Assembly: GCA_036497345.1 (NCBI GenBank)
Contig: DASXJP010000193.1
Coordinates: forward strand, 1-51,813
Reading direction: 5' to 3'
Length of the DNA stretch: 51,813 nucleotides
From: Thermoanaerobaculia bacterium
GTDB taxonomy: Bacteria > Acidobacteriota > Thermoanaerobaculia > Multivoradales > UBA5704
Position 1 is the first letter of the stretch; each line of letters starts with the position of its first letter. Below the pieces are notes generated by a model that saw only the letters and a program-made list of their open reading frames with translations, did no database searches and was not told the origin of the DNA. This document shows positions 49,468-51,813 of the stretch, one piece after another. The position numbers and the translations under genes are program-made.

Positions 49468-50419
49468 TGAACCAGCCGATGATCTTGTCGTCCAGCTCGC
49501 GCAGGCGGCTCGCCACCAGGTTGCAGAGGATGGTGAGCAGCCGGATCGACGAGATCTTGTGGATGTCCAGGATCCCCTCGAGCACCTCGCGGGAGATGAC
49601 GAGCACCACGGCGCCCTCCTCGTGGGCCTTGGCGTCGGCCGAGCGGGGCTCGTTGTCGATCAGCGCCATTTCCCCAAAATAGCCGCCGCGCTCCAGGAAG
49701 GCGAGCGCCTCCTCGCCGGCGCCGGGAATGTACTTGCTGATCATCACCCGCCCCTCCAGCACCACGTACATCTCGTTGCCCATCTCCCCCTCGCGGAAGA
49801 TCACCTGGCTGGGGCCGTACTTCCGCTCCCTGGAGAGGGTCGCCAGGAAGTTGATCTCCATGCTGGAGAGCTTCTGCTCCTGGAACAGCTTGCGCTTGGA
49901 GGCCAGATCGACGCGGAACTCCCCCGTGGCCTGTTTGGGGGAGGCCGACTCGACGCTGGGCGGCTTGCCGGTCTGCGAGAAGAAGCGGGTGAGATTGTCG
50001 TTCGTCTGCCGCAGCTTGGACGACAGGCTCTTCCAGAACGCCCAGTAGAGCGCCAGCTTGAAGCGGGGATCGCTCTCCATCAGCTTCGACAGCGCCTCCG
50101 GATGGAGCCTGATCAGCTCCGTGTCGGCGGTGGTCACCGCGTCGCCCGAGCGGGGGACACGGTCGACGAAGGAGGTCTCGCCGAACAGTGTGCCCGGCTC
50201 CAGGGCCGCCAGGCTGAAGTGGCCGTAGGGGGTCTTGCGCTGGATGCGCACGCCGCCGCTCTCGATGAGGTAGGCGTCCTGCGTCTCCTCCCCCTCCTTG
50301 ACGATCACCGCCCCGGCGGGATAGCGATCGCGCGTGGCGTGCTGGGAGAGCTGGGCAAGCTGCTCGTCCGTGAAGTGAGAGAAGATCTCCCACCTGCGAA
50401 GAAGGTTCTCAATTCCCAA
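49418..50419 (-). CDS. Tandem cyclic-nucleotide-binding-domain protein
   Basis: Two cNMP-binding domains (GTLFGETSFV...RSGDAV and GGYFGEMALID..PRSADA). There is no ATG downstream of the neighbouring gene's stop, so I infer TTG at 50419 (333 aa). The start is uncertain. Confidence 0.72.
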   Translation of the reverse strand: MGIENLLRRWEIFSHFTDEQLAQLSQHATRDRYPAGAVIVKEGEETQDAYLIESGGVRIQRKTPYGHFSLAALEPGTLFGETSFVDRVPRSGDAVTTADTELIRLHPEALSKLMESDPRFKLALYWAFWKSLSSKLRQTNDNLTRFFSQTGKPPSVESASPKQATGEFRVDLASKRKLFQEQKLSSMEINFLATLSRERKYGPSQVIFREGEMGNEMYVVLEGRVMISKYIPGAGEEALAFLERGGYFGEMALIDNEPRSADAKAHEEGAVVLVISREVLEGILDIHKISSIRLLTILCNLVASRLRELDDKIIGWFIIAGGSGISWPVPPPT

Positions 50420-50463
50420 GGTGGGCCTATTGTAGCGGAGGTCGGGCGCGCTGCAACGCTCTT

Positions 50464-51039
50464 CTAGAGCGACGGCAGGGGGAGCTGGGCCGGGCGCAGC
50501 CGCTCCCAGGCGGTCCGTTCGACCGTGTCGAGCCAGTCGGGCCGGGCCGCCGCGTCGAGCCGCAGGACGGAGAGCCCGCGCGCGGCCACCTCGTGGGCGA
50601 GCCGTTCCTCGACCGCGTACTGGAACCCGGGATCGGGCGAGCGGATGCCGTCCGGTCTCAAGGATTCGACGATGGGGACGTGGATCAGCAGGTCGTACCC
50701 CTGGATCCAGTACTCGACCAGCCGCTCCGGCCCCTCCTGGCGTCCGGCGGCGAGCAGGAGGTAGACGTAGTTGTCGAGCACGCTGCGGTCGCAGACCACC
50801 ACCGGATACCGCGCCTGGGCCACCAGCTCCTCGGCGATCTGGGTATGGAGGATCCACGACTGCGCGGCGACCGACGTCTCCTCGTTGATCGGCAGCGGGC
50901 ACCGCCGCGCCACCTCGTGCACCACCTCGACCCCCACGTCCCGCCGCTTCAGCCGCGCCGCGAGCCCGTAGCAGAGCGTGGTCTTGCCCACGCCGTGGCT
51001 GCCGATGAAGGCGATCTTGGAGCGGGGGGTGGGGAGCAT
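50464..51039 (-). CDS. Small P-loop NTPase (AAA_28/nucleoside-kinase-like ATP-binding protein)
   Basis: ATG at 51039 gives 191 aa. Walker A GSHGVGKTT and Walker B-like VVVCDRSVLD. Confidence 0.68.
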   Translation of the reverse strand: MLPTPRSKIAFIGSHGVGKTTLCYGLAARLKRRDVGVEVVHEVARRCPLPINEETSVAAQSWILHTQIAEELVAQARYPVVVCDRSVLDNYVYLLLAAGRQEGPERLVEYWIQGYDLLIHVPIVESLRPDGIRSPDPGFQYAVEERLAHEVAARGLSVLRLDAAARPDWLDTVERTAWERLRPAQLPLPSL

Positions 51040-51052
51040 CGCGGGGACATTA

Positions 51053-51331
51053 TCAATCCTCGTCCTCCGGATCGAGGTGGAAGTCCTCGGGAGGCAGGTT
51101 GAGCTGCCGACAGAGGCTTCGGAGGAGAGTCGGGGTGAGGACATCGTCCTCTCCGACCCCGAGCATCAGGGAGAACGCGTCGGTCAAATCCTCCCTCTCC
51201 AGGTAGGAGAAATAGACCGGTCCGCGAGGGCCGAGCATGGGAAGCCCGAAGGTACGGATCGTGACCCCGTAATCCCTCCGCACCACTTCTACGAATTGGC
51301 GCAACGTGAGGCGCCACGGAGGAGCGGTCAA
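51053..51331 (-). CDS. Hypothetical 92-aa protein with HicA-like layout but no catalytic His
   Basis: LTLRQFVEVVRRDYGVTIRTFG...LTPTLLRSLCRQLNLPPEDF parallels the HicA N- and C-terminal segments. Acidic tail. Weak call. Confidence 0.4.
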   Translation of the reverse strand: MTAPPWRLTLRQFVEVVRRDYGVTIRTFGLPMLGPRGPVYFSYLEREDLTDAFSLMLGVGEDDVLTPTLLRSLCRQLNLPPEDFHLDPEDED

Positions 51332-51340
51332 GTCGCGGCC

Positions 51341-51649
51341 TCAGGCGGCTCTCAATTCGACGTCGGGGAGGACTTGGAAGGCGCCCTGACGGAAGGGGAG
51401 GGCTTCAGCGGGGATGGGCTCCGCCTGTTCGTACATCGCCCAATAGCGCCGTGGGGCCCGGGGCAGGTTGGCGAAGGGAATCCTCCCCTTCTCGGCGCTG
51501 ATGAAGAAGTGGCCGACCAGGATACGCTCCAGCTCATAGAGGAGGTCATCCCTGGTACGGGCCTGAGCGGCGATATCGTGCTCCAGGCATTGGGCGACCC
51601 ACCACCCCTCTTCCTGGAACAGAACTACCTGGATCTTCAGCTCTGCCAT
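51341..51649 (-). CDS. HicB-like (UPF0150-fold) protein lacking an obvious DNA-binding domain
   Basis: 102 aa. KIQVVLFQEEGWWVAQCLEHDIAAQARTRDDLLYELERIL fits the HicB N-terminal pattern. Confidence 0.55.
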   Translation of the reverse strand: MAELKIQVVLFQEEGWWVAQCLEHDIAAQARTRDDLLYELERILVGHFFISAEKGRIPFANLPRAPRRYWAMYEQAEPIPAEALPFRQGAFQVLPDVELRAA

Positions 51650-51813
51650 AGGGAGATTATAGCCTATCCAGGCCTCGATGAAAACGTCTCAGGTCAGGGC
51701 GAAGTTCTGGGAACTGAGAATCTCGTCTAGAATCCCATCACCTCTTCAATGATGTCCCTTGGTTTTGGATGACGGCCTGGAAGCTATTCACCCAACTCCT
51801 CGGCCAGCTTCCT

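Noticed and set aside
51784-51813. Partial minus-strand reading frame ending ...RKLAEELGE-TAG at the right edge of the window.
   Set aside because: Only nine codons are visible, so it cannot be identified or even confirmed as coding.

Overview
This is a high-GC bacterial chromosomal window, possibly Acidobacteriota-like, though that guess is weak. It spans the replication-origin neighbourhood: dnaA-dnaN-recF-gyrB-gyrA all lie on the minus strand at 33.4-43.3 kb. All calls come from reading the ORF translations and the DNA by eye; no searches were run, so family names are motif recognition from memory.

The backbone is mostly housekeeping: a ppiD-like gene, ruvAB, a lipid kinase, an ADP-forming acyl-CoA synthetase, hemH, tal, an M20 dipeptidase, sppA, a rimK operon and mutY.

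Two metabolic clusters stand out:
- A minus-strand, translationally coupled type III PKS operon at 8.8-15.4 kb (T3PKS, ICMT-type methyltransferase, ACP, fatty acyl-AMP ligase, flavoprotein, YceI). It resembles the Myxococcus ftp / Bacillus bps alkylresorcinol-alkylquinone systems.
- An arsenosugar-type cluster at 15.9-24.4 kb (DUF2064 transferase, ArsM, radical-SAM ArsS-like), with a complete PstSCAB-like transporter embedded in it.

Four visibly lower-GC insertions interrupt this backbone:
- A canonical Fic AMPylase sits inside the PKS operon.
- A two-gene ABC-ATPase + DUF4276 (Toprim-like) cassette lies between the arsenic cluster and hemH. This is my best candidate for an uncharacterised defence system.
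- A BrnT-like toxin plus an oversized antitoxin is wedged between gyrB and gyrA and overlaps the gyrA start.
- A HicB-like / small protein / P-loop ATPase trio lies at the right edge.

The 600-bp gap upstream of mutY holds two tandem paralogous ~200-nt structured elements. Each has a covarying 12-bp closing helix, two conserved hairpins, three CCAACC motifs and its own intrinsic terminator, so they are likely sRNAs.

I saw no rRNA, tRNA, CRISPR array, transposase or integrase. Most long extra ORFs in the track are off-frame or antisense shadows typical of high-GC DNA.
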